A stretch of DNA of 64,000 bases from Macrostomum lignano. Its lineage: Eukaryota. The notes beneath the pieces were generated by a model, which saw only the letters and a list, made by a program, of their open reading frames with translations, made no database searches and was not told the DNA's origin. The stretch spans positions 1-64,000 of the forward strand of contig NIVC01001253.1 in the NCBI GenBank assembly GCA_002269645.1. The letters are read 5' to 3'. Positions 1 to 12,200 of the stretch are shown in pieces. How positions within the stretch are numbered: position 1 is the stretch's first letter; the number at the start of each line of letters is the position of its first letter. The translations under genes and the position numbers were made by a program.

Positions 1-720
1 TCTCCAGCTCTAAATTCTCCCTAAGCCTCTCTCAAGCTCTAAATTCTCCCAAGCCTCTCTCCAGCTCTAAATTCTCCCTAAGCCTCTCTCAGCTCTAAAT
101 TCTCCCTAAGCCTCTCTCAGCTCTAAATTCTCCCTAAGCTCTCTCAATCTCTAAATTCTCCCTAAGCCTCTCTCATCTCTAAATTCTCCCTAAGCCTCTC
201 TCATCTCTAAATTCTCCCTAAGCCTCTCTCATCTCTAAATTCTCCCTAAGCCTCTCTCAATCTCTAAATTCTCCCTAAGCCTCTCTCATCTCTAAATTCT
301 CCCTAAGCCTCTCTCAAGCTCTAAATCCCACAAGCCTCTCTCAAGCTCTAAATTCCCTAACGCATCTCAAGCTCTAAATTCCCCAAGCTTCTCTCAAGCT
401 CTAAATTCCCACGCATCTGACAAGCTCTAAATTCCCAAGTTCTCTCAAGCTCTAAATTCCCACGCATCTGACAAGCTCTGAATCCCCAAGCCTCTCTCAA
501 GCTCTAAATTCCCCACGCACCTGACAAGCTCTGAATACCCAAGCCTCTCTCAAGCTCTAAATTCCCACGCACCTGACAAGCTCTGAATACCCCAAGCCTC
601 TCTCAAGCTCTAAATTCCCCACGCTCTCAAGCTTTGAAACCCCAAGCCTCTCTCAAGCTCTAAATTCCTAAGCCTCTCTCAATCTCTAATTCTCCCTAAG
701 CCTCTCTCAACTCTAAACTC
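1..720. repeat. Tandem satellite, ~29-32 bp unit (CTCTAAATTCTCCCTAAGCCTCTCTCA[A/G]), runs off the window start; probably intronic in Nup107
   Basis: Directly visible tandem units with variant subunits (CCCACGCATCTGACAAG) in the second half. Confidence 0.95.
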
Positions 721-796
721 CCAAGTTCTCCGTATCGCAGGTCCAAATTAGAGTGCTATCAAACCTGTAAACCGCAAAAAACCCTTAGCCTCTGAC

Positions 797-1144
797 CTGT
801 TGCTGCTCCTGCTGCTGATGCTGCAAACTGAACTGTTTCTCTGCGCCGCGGCAGCAATGGGCCGTCAGGATCCAATCGATTAACCAGACCGGCTGGCACC
901 GAGGCTGCCGACCGTCTCAACAGGTGCAGCGTGTGCTCCCAGGCACGCCTCCGGCAGCGGCCGCTTCGCAAGCATCTGGCGGCGATGGCAGCTCGTCAAG
1001 TCGGGAAGCAGCTGCCGCTTCCAGCCAGTCGATCAGCAATTGAAATTCGCGAACTTCAGCGTCAGTGGCGTACAGGTGGGCAACTAGATGCTTCTCTGGG
1101 TGGCGCTGGCTCCAGTGATAGCCGCCGTCTGAGTCTGACTGGTC
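797..1144 (-). CDS. NUP107: Nucleoporin Nup107 internal exon, with an apparent 1-nt frameshift near 944 and possibly a second near 840
   Basis: The acceptor CCCCAG at 1145-1150 opens DQSD...EKHLVAHLYATDAEVREFQLLIDWLE. A shifted frame then gives AWEHTLHLL...LVNRLDPDGP. These match the Nup107 motifs EKxxVxxL...VRxxQLxxDWLE, WExTL and LDPDAP. Candidate donor GT at 795-796. Confidence 0.8.
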
Positions 1145-1174
1145 CTGGGGTTTTAGTTAGCAAGCCTGAGTGTA

Positions 1175-1395
1175 CATGCCTGACGATTAATAATATTAAT
1201 ATTTGATTTAAACCGCCCCAATGGGCAGATGTGCAACCCTCAATTACCCCAGCTAATGCTGGCACCCATTTTAGCTGGGTGAACTGAAGCAATGCAGAAT
1301 AAGTGTCTTGCTTAAGGACACAAATTGTTCCGACTGGGACCGGGAATAGAACCCCCACAGATAACTAGAATAACTAGATGGGCCACTCAGGCATT
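1175..1395 (-). mobile_element. tRNA-derived SINE copy (same family as 28090-28410)
   Basis: The reverse complement has A-box-like GCCTGAGTGG and B-box-like GGTTCTATTCC, then TGTGTCCTTAAGCAAGACACTT...CTGCATTGCTTCAGTTCACCCAGCT, which is shared with the SINEs at 28.1 and 38.7 kb. Confidence 0.75.
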
Positions 1396-1799
1396 TATAC
1401 TTAGTAAAACAGCTTTCTACTTTCAGTCCAGTAGCAATGAAGAATACATAAGCTATTTTATAAGAATAAAGGCAGCTGAAATGACTTCGATAAGTTTAGA
1501 AGCCCAAGCTTGCAGGCGTAAACAGCTTTCTAATTGGTTCATCAATAATGTACATCAGCCAGTGCACTGAAATGTACATGGCAGCTTTAGGCTGGAATTC
1601 CGAGAAAGGCAATAAAAATTGAGGTGGGACGGGGGGTAGTGTGGAAAGGCGCGGTTGGACGGTTTAAGCTGGGGGTAGAGGGGTTAGGAGCCAATAAATG
1701 AGCCTTGACTTTAAAAATACATTAAAATGCTTCTGTTTAACTTATACTACTGAACTAAAAGTAGCTTACGCGCAAATGTGCTGGTAAAATAGTGTAAAA

Positions 1800-2415
1800 T
1801 AGGAAAAATGTGACTCTCAACGACTCTCAAAACGACGTGATGTCACGATACACACAAATCGCCATAAAGTTGTCAAAGAGTCGCCCCAAAATCAATTTGA
1901 AGCGTTTTATTGTCTTCTGCGACTCTGAAACGATTCTGGTGCCATATAGTAATATTTTAGGCGTTCTTAGAGTCACTGGGTTGTGTTTGAAGCGCATTTT
2001 TTGCGTTGCTTGATGAATTTGAGGCACATTTCCTTGTTTCTTGGAGATACGCTACGGAGATAGGAAGTTTTCATTATTGCTTTCAGCAGATCAAATATTG
2101 TTATTGCTTATCGATATTCATAAAGGGACGATGTTAAGCCCATTTCCTGTAACTAAAAAACAATAAAAATGCATGGCAGAGTTTAAATCTTTGGTTTTAT
2201 TTTAGTAGTTTATCATCTCTGTTACACATATTTGTTACACAGTCAGCTGAGTGACAAAATAGATTCATAGAGATTCATTGAGCCGAGCCGTGCCATTTAA
2301 ATGGTGATTTAAATCACATCTTTAGCAAAAGTTTAACGCCAACACAACGATTCTTTGAGTCGTTAAAAAGTTACAGGAGTCGCCCCAAAGAGTTGTTTGC
2401 TACAGCCGCCCTGTA
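1800..2415. mobile_element. Degenerate non-autonomous DNA element(s) in a Nup107 intron; the internal part is homologous to the MITE at 62995-63696
   Basis: CTACGGAGATAGGAAGTTTTCATT, TTTATCATCTCTGTTAC and GAGCCGAGCCGTG blocks occur in the same order at 2050-2295 and 63076-63405. GAGTCGCCCCAAA is repeated at ~1878 and ~2377. Confidence 0.55.
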
Positions 2416-2515
2416 CACCCTGTGTGAGCGTCTTAAAGAGTCACCTTACCATCAAAGTCATTCCTTAATATCGAGTCAAGCAAAATCAAATTTATAAAAA
2501 TCTCACAGTACTCAC

Positions 2516-3135
2516 AGCATCCTCAACCATTGGCTCGTCGATTCCATCATCAACCTCGGCATCTCTATCGCCCATCGCATCCTCGGCACTGTTATTAGCA
2601 GTCATGCGGTCTCTATACAGCAGGGCCAACAATCGCCAAGTCTGACACTCCCAACCGATTGCTCTTCGCTGCTGAGAGCCCAGTCTCAAACCGAGCCTAC
2701 GCAGCAGCGCGTCCTGATCGCTGCACAGATCGGCAAGTCGCCTACAAAGCTCTAAGCCGTCATATTCGCCAATAACTTGATGAAAATCGGCAAACAGATT
2801 CTCCCCAGCTGCTAGTTGAGCTTCGTCTTGAATTTCGTGCACTGCGGCAGTGGCAGCAGTCACTGTCGGAGCCATGGATTGCTGCTGCAGCACTGCACTA
2901 TTGTTGTTAGTAAAGCTGATACTAGCTAGGCTACTATTGGCCAATGGATTATTAACCAGACCTCTGCCTTTGAAAATAGCCATAGTGTCTTGGCTAATTA
3001 TATTGCCAAATGTGGCAGTTTCATCTGCGGCATTTGCGGTGGCAGTGGCAGCGCCACCCTGCCAATAGTGATGATGACTGTTCTCATCTGCAGCATCTTC
3101 GGCATCAAATAACTGGCGTGGCCATCTTGACTGCT
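2516..3135 (-). CDS. NUP107: Nucleoporin Nup107 N-terminal-region exon
   Basis: ORF 2492-3175 contains WECQTWRLLALLYRDR (Nup107 ExxTWRLLxxLYRDR). The donor GTGAGT at 2515-2510 after VEDA is phase 0 and joins the exon starting at 1144. The 5' boundary is approximate. Confidence 0.82.
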
Positions 3136-5599
3136 GACCATGTAGCATCATCAAGTAGTGTTTTTTTAGTATCATATATAGATACAGTCAATATAGAATG
3201 AAAAAACTAAGTCAAAATATTCCCTAGACAAAGGGCTTTTGTGGTCCATACACAGAGTGTATTTAGAGATGTTTGCATACGATATAAGAGGCCTGCTGGA
3301 TTACTAGCTGATCGACCGTCTAAACTATTAAAAAGGCACAAACTAAACTCCATATGGAAAGCGCACAATAGAATTCGATTCTTTTTAAGACCATCTGATC
3401 CTATCTGTCCTATGGTACTACTGGCAGCAATGCTGTGACTGTTCAAGGCAGTGCAGTCCAAGGTGGCTCTGCTATGACTGTTCAAGGCAATAGTTTATAT
3501 GCACCAATGTCATCAATACCTTTATATGCCTTTCCGCACTTTAGTTATTTTGTCAAATGAATCATTTAGTCATTTTTTGCTACAACCTTAACATAAAAGC
3601 CAAATTACTATTTTGCTTGATATTTAGCCTTATACTTTCATATAGTAAATTTACATGGAATTTTAAATTATTATTAAAAATGGCGCCCCAGACCAAGCAG
3701 GGGGATGCGACTTCCTGAGGGCCATGGCCCAGAAACGTGCTTTCTGACTGCTCCCCCCTTTCTGGCTACTGCATGGCTGGCGGGAGCAGTACCTTGTTGT
3801 TGTTGTTGTTTAAATTATTATGTGTTTGAAACCTTAACTATCTTGAATTAACAAATTACTATGTTTTAAATTAAAGACAAATTTTAAAGGTTTTGTTATT
3901 TTGTACTTGATTACATTATTTGGGCACCAAAGTATTTTTGTTGATAAGGTTTTTTTACTTATAAGTCACAATTTATGAATAGTAGCCTACAGAGAAATTT
4001 AAGCACAAAAATGTTTTTTGTTCAACAATTTAATTTAATTTCTTGTTTGTTTATAACATGAATCTGAAAACTATTCTTGTGAGTCTTAAGAGCTATCAAA
4101 TCTAAAACCAAGATCAAAATCAAAGACATTCCTAGAGGCAGGAATCTTTATCTAAATCATATTGTCACAAAACTCTGCAAGCATAAGTCTTAGCATAGGT
4201 CTAAGTATTGCTCTGAGCATATATTTTAGTATATTTTGAGGTATTTCTTATTTCTCACTAGTATCATTATTATTCTACATTGGTAGTATTCTTAGTAGGC
4301 CTAAGTGAAAATTCTATATACTAAAAATTAAAACATATTACTATTACTAGTATATGAATTGTATATATCTTCTAGTCCTGGTTATTTCTAAGATTAGAAG
4401 AGGGTCATGGCCTTTAGCAATCTAAATGTATGCTTCAAGATCTACTTTGTTATCTTCTGCTTGTGGTATCTACTTATCAGTAGTATACATATCTATTTCA
4501 CTCTTAGAAAATTACCAAGTAAGAATTATTTCTTAACTATCCATTAAAGGTTAAAGAGATTTGAAGCTCGAGTTGTTTTTTCCCTAAAATTGCACCATCT
4601 ACTTAATCTATTTTTTTGATTATTTTAAACAAAAAATCAATTATGAAAATAGTTTAGAAAATAATATTGTGGTAGTGGGTACCACCATGGCTTGATTTGC
4701 AATTGATTTTTATTGACAATACATAATCTAGACTTTGAAATGTTGCCCGCCCCTATTCTGGCCCTATTTGCCCATCTCATGGCGCAAGTTGTGACATTTT
4801 TAGCCTTTTTTCTGTCCTTCTCACCCTATTTTCTCGCACTGTATGCCCAATTTATGTTTTAATTTGTTTTTCTGTATATTTTCTGTGGCATCCTTTTGTT
4901 AAAATTTTCTGGACTTTCATGTTCTTGCCCCTCCCCATTTTCTGGGCTGTGTCAACCATTTTGTGTCCCTCCTTTGGGTATTTAATCCCACCCCCTTTTG
5001 CGCCTGTCCCGGCCCCATGCTGTTCTTCCCGTTTTGCCCCCTTTTAACTCCCATTTGCCCTCCTCATCCTTCAGGGTTTCCTTTCTAGCTTAATATTGTT
5101 TATTTAACTCAATTTATTGCTTGACCGAAACTTAACTGCAGTTCAATTTTAAGTGAAAGCCTGCACTGCAGCACCCCCAATTATTCATTGACTGTCGCAG
5201 CTTGTGCAATTAATAATACTTCGACTAAACTCTGTTTTATGGACTAATAAACAAGCAACAGTTAAAACAATTTATATCTTCATTTTCTGGATTAAAGCCA
5301 TAGCTTATCTTGAGTCATTTGCCCATGGGGTGTAAAATAACCCAATTTCATCTCGAAGCAAGCTCTGAGACTTCAACATTCCGTAATATGCAAATTACAG
5401 TGGTGGCAGCGCTACTCTACTGATAGTAACACAATGAGCATACAAGGTATACTGAATCTACAGTTTCTGAGGACCCACATCTGAATGCTTGCGCCAATTG
5501 AAGACTGCTCGCCTACGGCTAAACTACCCTCCCCCCAGGATTGAGGACCCTGGCAGAGGGAGTAACTTTGACTTCGAGACATTTCTATTGGGATTCGTC

Positions 5600-8408
5600 C
5601 ACACAAATTTTCAGCCACACGATGAACAGTTTGAACGACTGAGACAATAGCAAGATACAAATAGTTGACAGCCAGAGCAAGACAATCGCGAGCAGCAGTC
5701 AGAGCAAGACAAGCAGTAGCCAGAGCAAGACAAGCAGCAGCTAGAGCAAAGCATACAACAGCCAGACCGAGAGGGTCAGGAATCAGCAGAACATAGTGAG
5801 GAGCAGCAGTTGGTATTTCATCCAAATGATATTGGATTCGCTGTTGAGACTTGTCTAGCTGGAGACCACCACAAAATGTTAGACAAAGATAAGTTGCACT
5901 TTCTCCAGGAGTATTACAAGCCGAACAGAGCCGTCTATGCATCACAAGAGAAATAGACAGGCCACCAAAATGTCTTCAAGCTAACCAAAGTACAAATGCA
6001 ACGGCCAGAAATGCGCATGATGGCATTTTCTGAAAAGCTTGATGGCCTCATTTGTCAATGCTATAGCATTTTTATTTGGGATGTATATCCTAATGAGCAG
6101 CAAGATGGCCCAGGGTCATTTGCACGCAACGCAGCCTTTGTTTTTTGGCCATTTAGAGACTACAAACATTTGCTGGAAGCTGGAAAAGGGATTGGAGCAC
6201 ATACAAAGACTCAGCATCACCAGTTTTGCGAAGAAAAGGTGGCTAACTTTGTCTCTATTTTAAGCTTAAAGCAGCCTAATGTTCAGGAGCGTCAAAATAA
6301 GGCTCTTGCTGCCGAAATTACTTAGAATAGACTCCGTCTTTGGCTAGTAATATCAACCATCCTGCTCTATAGCAGACTCAGAATTGCTTTTCGGGGACAC
6401 CGAGAAGAAAAGCCTCTACAGTGCCCATTATCTGATGTAGCTATTGACTGTATGGAAGGTAATTTCTGAGCTCTGCTTCAATTCAAGGCTGCTTCTGGCA
6501 ACAAAAATCTGGCCAAACATCTTTGCAAGCCATAGCACCACAGCGCAACTTACGTGAGTCCAGGAGTTCAAAATGAGCTCATTTTGTGTATTGGTCAGCA
6601 GATCCAACATGCAATTGTGAACAATGCAAATAAAGCAGGTGCAGTAACTATTATGGCTGACAAAAGCATGGACATCTTTTGTCTTTAGCAGTTGTCCATT
6701 TTAGTTCGTTTTGTGCATGCTTAACTTAACCAAAAGCATCAGCTAAGAGAATGCTTCCTTGGCTTTGTTGACTTAAGCCAAACGACATGGAGTGCAATCG
6801 CAGAAAGCATTGTTACTTTCCTGCATAATGTAAGTATAAAGTCAATTGCTGTTGCTTAGGCCTACAATGGAGCCCAACATATTGGGAGTAAATTGGGGGG
6901 TGCAGGCTCTAATTCGAACGCAGCATGGCCAGCAGTTTGCTGTTGCTGACTACTTTCCCTGCATATCACATGGCCTTAACTTGGCTATTAACCATGTTGC
7001 CAAGGCTAGCACCTCTATGCAGGATGCATTGTCCCTGATAGGATCAATTGCAAGCTTTTTCAAAGCGACTTTGAAGTGCAACAAGCACTATAAGCGCATA
7101 GTGAATGAAGTTTTGTCTGCATCTTGTAAGCAGACTTTGCTTATAAGTATTAAAAGTACATGTGTATTTTTCAATGTTATTCTTTTTTCGCAATTTTTGC
7201 AAAAGTTGAAATTTTAACATTTCAATACATTATAAAAGATGACTGACACCAGATAGATGGAGCGCCTGGATGCTGGCCAGCGATTTGCTGAATTATACGT
7301 TGCAACATCTATCGTGTTGCAGGAACTGACGGCAGAAAATGATGCAGAGACGCGTGCCAAAGTGCTTGCATTCCTAGCTGCAATTTCTTATTCTGAGTTT
7401 GTAGTGTGCATGATCATGCTAAAGCACGCATTTAGTGCTACTTATCCAGTTGCTAGCAGTTTGCAGCAAAGTTTGATTGCATTGAGCGACTGTTGGATCT
7501 AGGTAATTCAATAATTAATTTTGCTTCTTTAGTTCTCGTATGTGTGAGGAATTGTGAGCAATGTGAGCAATATGTGATTTGTTCTGTCAATTTTGAGGAT
7601 ACCATATACCATATCTAACTTATAATTATGTAATATTTTTGATACAAGTATACCCGCCCACTTCAGATTGAGTGTCTAAAAAAAACACTACGGGCTTGGA
7701 TTGCAGATGACAAAAGTTCCGAGTCACTGGGCCGAGCAGCCAGTGCCGCAGTTATCTGCTCCGAGGCTACCGACCTGCACGGATCACTAGAGGTCTATTA
7801 GCTTCCCCGTGCATGCCATCAGAGGGACCAATTAGCACAAATTCAGCATATCATAGCTGAGAATTTCAACACAACAATTTTTTGTCCCTTCCAGCCTCAT
7901 TTGGACACTTGATGATCGGTTTAATCATCAAAATGGAGCTATAGCTCAGCTTAGCAACTTGCTCCCATTTTTTGTATGCAACGCTGAGGCCATTAAATTT
8001 GCCAACCTCTCTCCTACCCTCGAGCAGTATCAAAGCTCCCAATTATTGCCGGCCATCTCACTTGAAGACTTGCACCATGAATTTGCGGTGTGGCAGCAAT
8101 TCTAGATGAACAAGAACATTGCCGATTGTCCACACAGCATTATTGATGCATTGGACAGCTACAAGCCAGCCTTCTATCCTAATATCTACAGAGCCCTTAA
8201 AATCTTTGCTACACTGCCAGTTTCAACGGCAACAGCTGAGCAGTCCTTTTTGATGATAAAGTATTTAAAGAACTACCTCAAGGCAATGACAGGCAAGGAG
8301 CTTCTAACTAGATTGGCATTAATGTCAATCTACAAAACTCTCAATATTGACATTGACGAAACAATTAAGCTATTTGCCTTAAAAGATTGGCACCTTAGAT
8401 TAATCTGA
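5600..8408 (+). pseudogene. Decayed hAT-superfamily transposase, ZMYM1/PRKRIR-like (zf-TTF, DUF4371-type core, hAT dimerisation domain)
   Basis: Motifs HPNDIG, AFSEKLDGLIC, IAFRGHRE, SPGVQNELI, DKSMDI..*QLSILVRFV, A*AYNG, CISHGLNL and ALKIFATLPVSTATAEQSF...LTRLALMSI. It has many in-frame stops and frameshifts, and probable introns near 7150-7230 and 7503-7650. Confidence 0.9.
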
Positions 8409-9456
8409 CAATTAATCTGAAAAAGTAAAGCAAATTGCAATTAGAATCAAGTCAGACATTGAACAAAATGAATATTTTAATGTCACTTGATCTATATTGT
8501 TTTTCAAAAAGTCTTATATATTTATTTTCTTTATATTTGCAGGGCCCCTTGGTTCTTTTTATGAATTTAATAAATGTACATTGCATTTTAAATTTGTGCT
8601 AAAACTAAGAAACACATTTTGTTATAATGCATATATTTACCATAATATTTTGACAAATTAAATTTTTGTTTTAACTCACTTATACAATTAGTATAAATAG
8701 ATGCGATCTAAGTTGAGAAGAGAACAACTTGCTCAAGCGCAGTTCCTAAGAAAGAATTAAAACTAAGTCGCATGGCCGACCGAATTTTGGAGGTTGCGCC
8801 TGTATGATCTTAGTACTCTTGAAAAAACCTTTGAAACAACTAGGCTAAAGATATCTTGAAGAGTAGAACAATTTTTATAGTTTCGGATAAGATAGATAGC
8901 TTAACAATAGGAATATCAAATTTAAAATCTATAACATAGAACTACCTAACATCAGGCTGCAGGATAGTTATAATTATTTGGGAATTGAACTAAATGCAAA
9001 ATGACCTGGGAAAGGTACATGTATACCAGAAAATTTTGAGATACAAATGACCCCTTTTAAAGTTGGCATTCAAATTTTGTCATAAAAATTTGTCCATTTT
9101 GTGTACAAATTTTGGTGAATGAAGTTATGCCATGCATGAAAATTATTCAACTGTAATGTAAATTAACATTTTTACATTAAATAAAAGTAAATTTGTATAG
9201 TCTATAAAGTCAGTGATAACCTTTTCGCTTCTGTAAATTCAACAATAAATAATTTTAGTAAAAAGTAGGCCCTATTGTTAAAAAAATGAATTTTTCATTT
9301 ATTTTTATAGGTATAACAAGCTGTTGAAACCCGCGGATTTTGAACCCGGGGAATTCCAATCCCCAGAACTACTTTTGCATGTATTCTGAAATCTAAGGTC
9401 ATACACAAACAAAAACTTGTTAATAGTTAGTAGGATAGAGGTAGGACAAAGGTTCT

Positions 9457-10085
9457 GTTTCCTCTCTTCTCTCTCGTCCCTTGTCTCTCCTCTCTCTTCT
9501 CTCCTCTCTTCTCTCATATCTTCCCTCATCTCTCTTCTCTTTCATCTCTCTTATCTTTTGTCTCTTTTCTCTTCTCTCCTCTCTCCTGTCTCCTCTCTAC
9601 TTTTCATTTTCTCTCTCCTCTCCTCTCTCCTCTCTACTCTTTCGTTTTCTCTCTCCTCTCCTCTCTCCTATCTTCTTTCGTATCTTCCCTCATCTCTCTT
9701 CTCTTTCATATCACTTATCTCATCTCTTCCCTTTTCTTTTCTCTCTCCTCTCCTCTCTCCTCTCTACTTTTTCGTTTTCTCTCTTCTCCTCTCTCTCCCT
9801 CTTCTCTCGTCTCTTCCTTCTCCTCTCTATTCTTTTCTTTCTTCTCTTAACTCTCTCCTCTCTCCTCTTTCCTCTCTCTCTCCTCTCTCCCCTCTTCTCT
9901 CGTCTCTTCTCTCACCTCTTTCCTCTCTCTCTTTCCTCTCATCTCTTTTCTTGTTTTATCTCTTCTCTCTCCCCTCGTCACTCGTCTCTTCCCTCACCTC
10001 TCTTCTCTCTTGTCTGCGTTTTTATCTCTCCTTTCTCTTTTATCTTTTCTCTCTTATCTCTTCTCGTTTCTCTCTGCTCTGTGCG

Positions 10086-10179
<94 letters not shown>

Positions 10180-11050
10180 TCTCCTCTCCCATCTCTCTTC
10201 TCCTCTCTACTCTCTCCCATCTTCATTCTCCTATTTCCTCTTCTCTCTCCCTGTCTCTCCTCTCTCCTCTAGTCTCTGTAATCTCTTCTCTCTTATCTCT
10301 CTTCTGTTCTCTCTACTCTCCCATCTCTCGTCTGTTCACCCTCATCTCTGCTCTCTCATCTGTCATCTTTACTCTCTAATATGTTCTCTCACTTATCTCC
10401 GCTGTACTCTTCTCTTTCACCTCTTCTGACTCCTCTCTTTCCTTACTCCTCTCTTCTTTTCTCTTCCCTCTTCTATACTCTCTCTCCTCTATTATCTTCT
10501 CTCGTCTCTTTGCACTCTCCTCTCACCTTTTTCATCTCTCATCTTTACTCTCTCATCTCTCCTTTCATTTGTCTCATCTCTACAATCTCATCTCTCCTTT
10601 CTCCCCTCTTCTTACACCCCTCTCTTATCTCTATCTCTTCTCTTCTCACTCCTCTCTCCCCCTCTTATCTCCTCTTTTCTCTATCCTTTCTACTCTCTCC
10701 TCTCCTCTTGACCCTCTGTCATCTTCTTTCTGCTCTCTCATCTCTACTCTCTTCTCACTCTTCTTTACTCTCCTCTCATCGATCCTCTGTCTCATCTCTG
10801 CTCTCTTCTCACCTTTACTCTTTCCTCTCCCTCCTTTCTCCCCTCCTCTCGCTTCTTCCTCCCTTCTTCTCTGCTTTCTCCTCACCACTTGTCTCTCCTC
10901 TTATCTTCCATGTTTTCTCTTATCCCCGTCTCGCCTCTCCTCTCTTCTAATAGTCTATTCCTTCTCCTTTCCACTCTCATCTGGCCCGTGGCCCGCACAT
11001 AAGCTGGATTCTTTATCTGGCTTTTGAAGTAAAAGTCTGCCGATCCCTGC
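9457..11050. repeat. ~1.5 kb CT-rich low-complexity tract with a pure (CT)n core at ~10087-10175, ending in a hAT-MITE-like terminus
   Basis: Almost purely pyrimidine. The right end GGCCCGTGGCCCGCA...GTCTGCCGATCCCTG is the reverse complement of CAGGGATCGGCAGAC. Confidence 0.85.
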
Positions 11051-11869
11051 TTCGAAAGCCAGTTTGTGGGACGTACTACTCTTATCGTTATTCTCATGCT
11101 TTGATCATGTCATCTTTCTTGCCAATTTGCAGTCCTGAAAGGAATTTGTGTATCTTCAGCTCCACTGCAGTCTGCATCAGTCTAACAACCAAGGAAATAC
11201 GCATTTCTTAGGAGGCCATTTAAAATTTACACAGTACCTTTAAAAGAAACCTAAAATTTCCATGGTGTGCCTAATTTAGCAGGGTTGTATTGCATTGCAT
11301 CGCATCGCCTTTTCATAAATATTTCGCTTTTACAAACCATGCTGGATTGCCTCGGTTTGCCAATTGCCATCCACTGTAAAACTGCTGCAGAGTTTGCCAA
11401 TACAGAGGGGAGGGCAGTGGTTAGAATTTCTCACTAAACTGTTATGGCTAAACGTAGCCTCTCCACTCTCGGGGTGCAGAGAAGGCTATTAAAAAGTTAT
11501 TCCAAAACACTGTACACTCGCTATGTACATTGAGCCCTATCGCCTGACCCTTTGTCTGGCTCTGGGGGAATGAGTGAGTGAGTGGCACAAACAACAGAAA
11601 AAGCAGACAAACTTCACATGCTTACAGTTTCTGTTCTGATTGAGTTAGAGAGTTGAAACTTTACATTTAGACAGAGAATGAATCAAAGAAGAATTGTGTT
11701 AAGTTAGAAGTCAATCGCTTCACGTGGAGCAAACTTATGGCAGCCGAAAGTTAGTCATTTTAAAACCCATTTACACCCTTTGCCCAGATCGGGAAAGAGG
11801 CAGGCGGGCGGAGGTTGGGGTGGCTGTCTCGCTGAAAAAAAACAGCCAAACTTTAAAAGTGCACAGCGC

Positions 11870-12200
11870 CGTTCAGGATTAACTTTGAGACTCGAAATTT
11901 TACACGATTGTGTCAAAATAGTTGAAAATTGATTGTGTCAAATTTGAAGAGGATCGGTAGAAGTGGAGCGGCGCTAAGGAGGCTTTAGTAAAAAAATCGC
12001 GCATTTTGAGCAGTTTTTTGCACTTTTAGGTAGGAAGACTCAAATTTAGGAAATTTAAAGGTAGCCTAAGACATTCTCCGTAGTGAGTTTAGGGTGGGTG
12101 TAAAATTTGGTGTAATTTGGTTGAGCGGTTTGGGAGTCCATAGCGATCAAAATTGTCCACACACAGACACACAGAGTTTTGATTTTTATATGTAGAGATT
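11870..12200 (+). mobile_element. DINE-1/HINE-like non-autonomous Helitron-related remnant
   Basis: The layout TGTAAAATTTGG...GGTTGAGCGGTTT...ACACACAGACACACAG...TTTTTATATGTAGAGAT is typical of the 3' ends of such elements. The family assignment is from pattern memory only. Confidence 0.45.

Noticed and set aside
1-720. Regular repeats resembling a CRISPR array or telomeric tract
   Set aside because: No unique spacers, no cas genes, eukaryotic context, and the unit is not TTAGGG-like.
3207-3485. Possible additional upstream Nup107 exons
   Set aside because: Splice-like signals exist but there is no recognisable Nup107 similarity; they cannot be supported without cDNA.
9305-11097. Long Leu/Ser-rich ORFs (up to 320 aa) and Arg/Glu-rich antisense ORFs
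   Set aside because: Artefacts of stop-free CT/GA low-complexity DNA; the same applies at 20.7, 23.5, 31.3, 34.1, 41.4-41.9, 42.4-42.8 and 43.6-43.9 kb.
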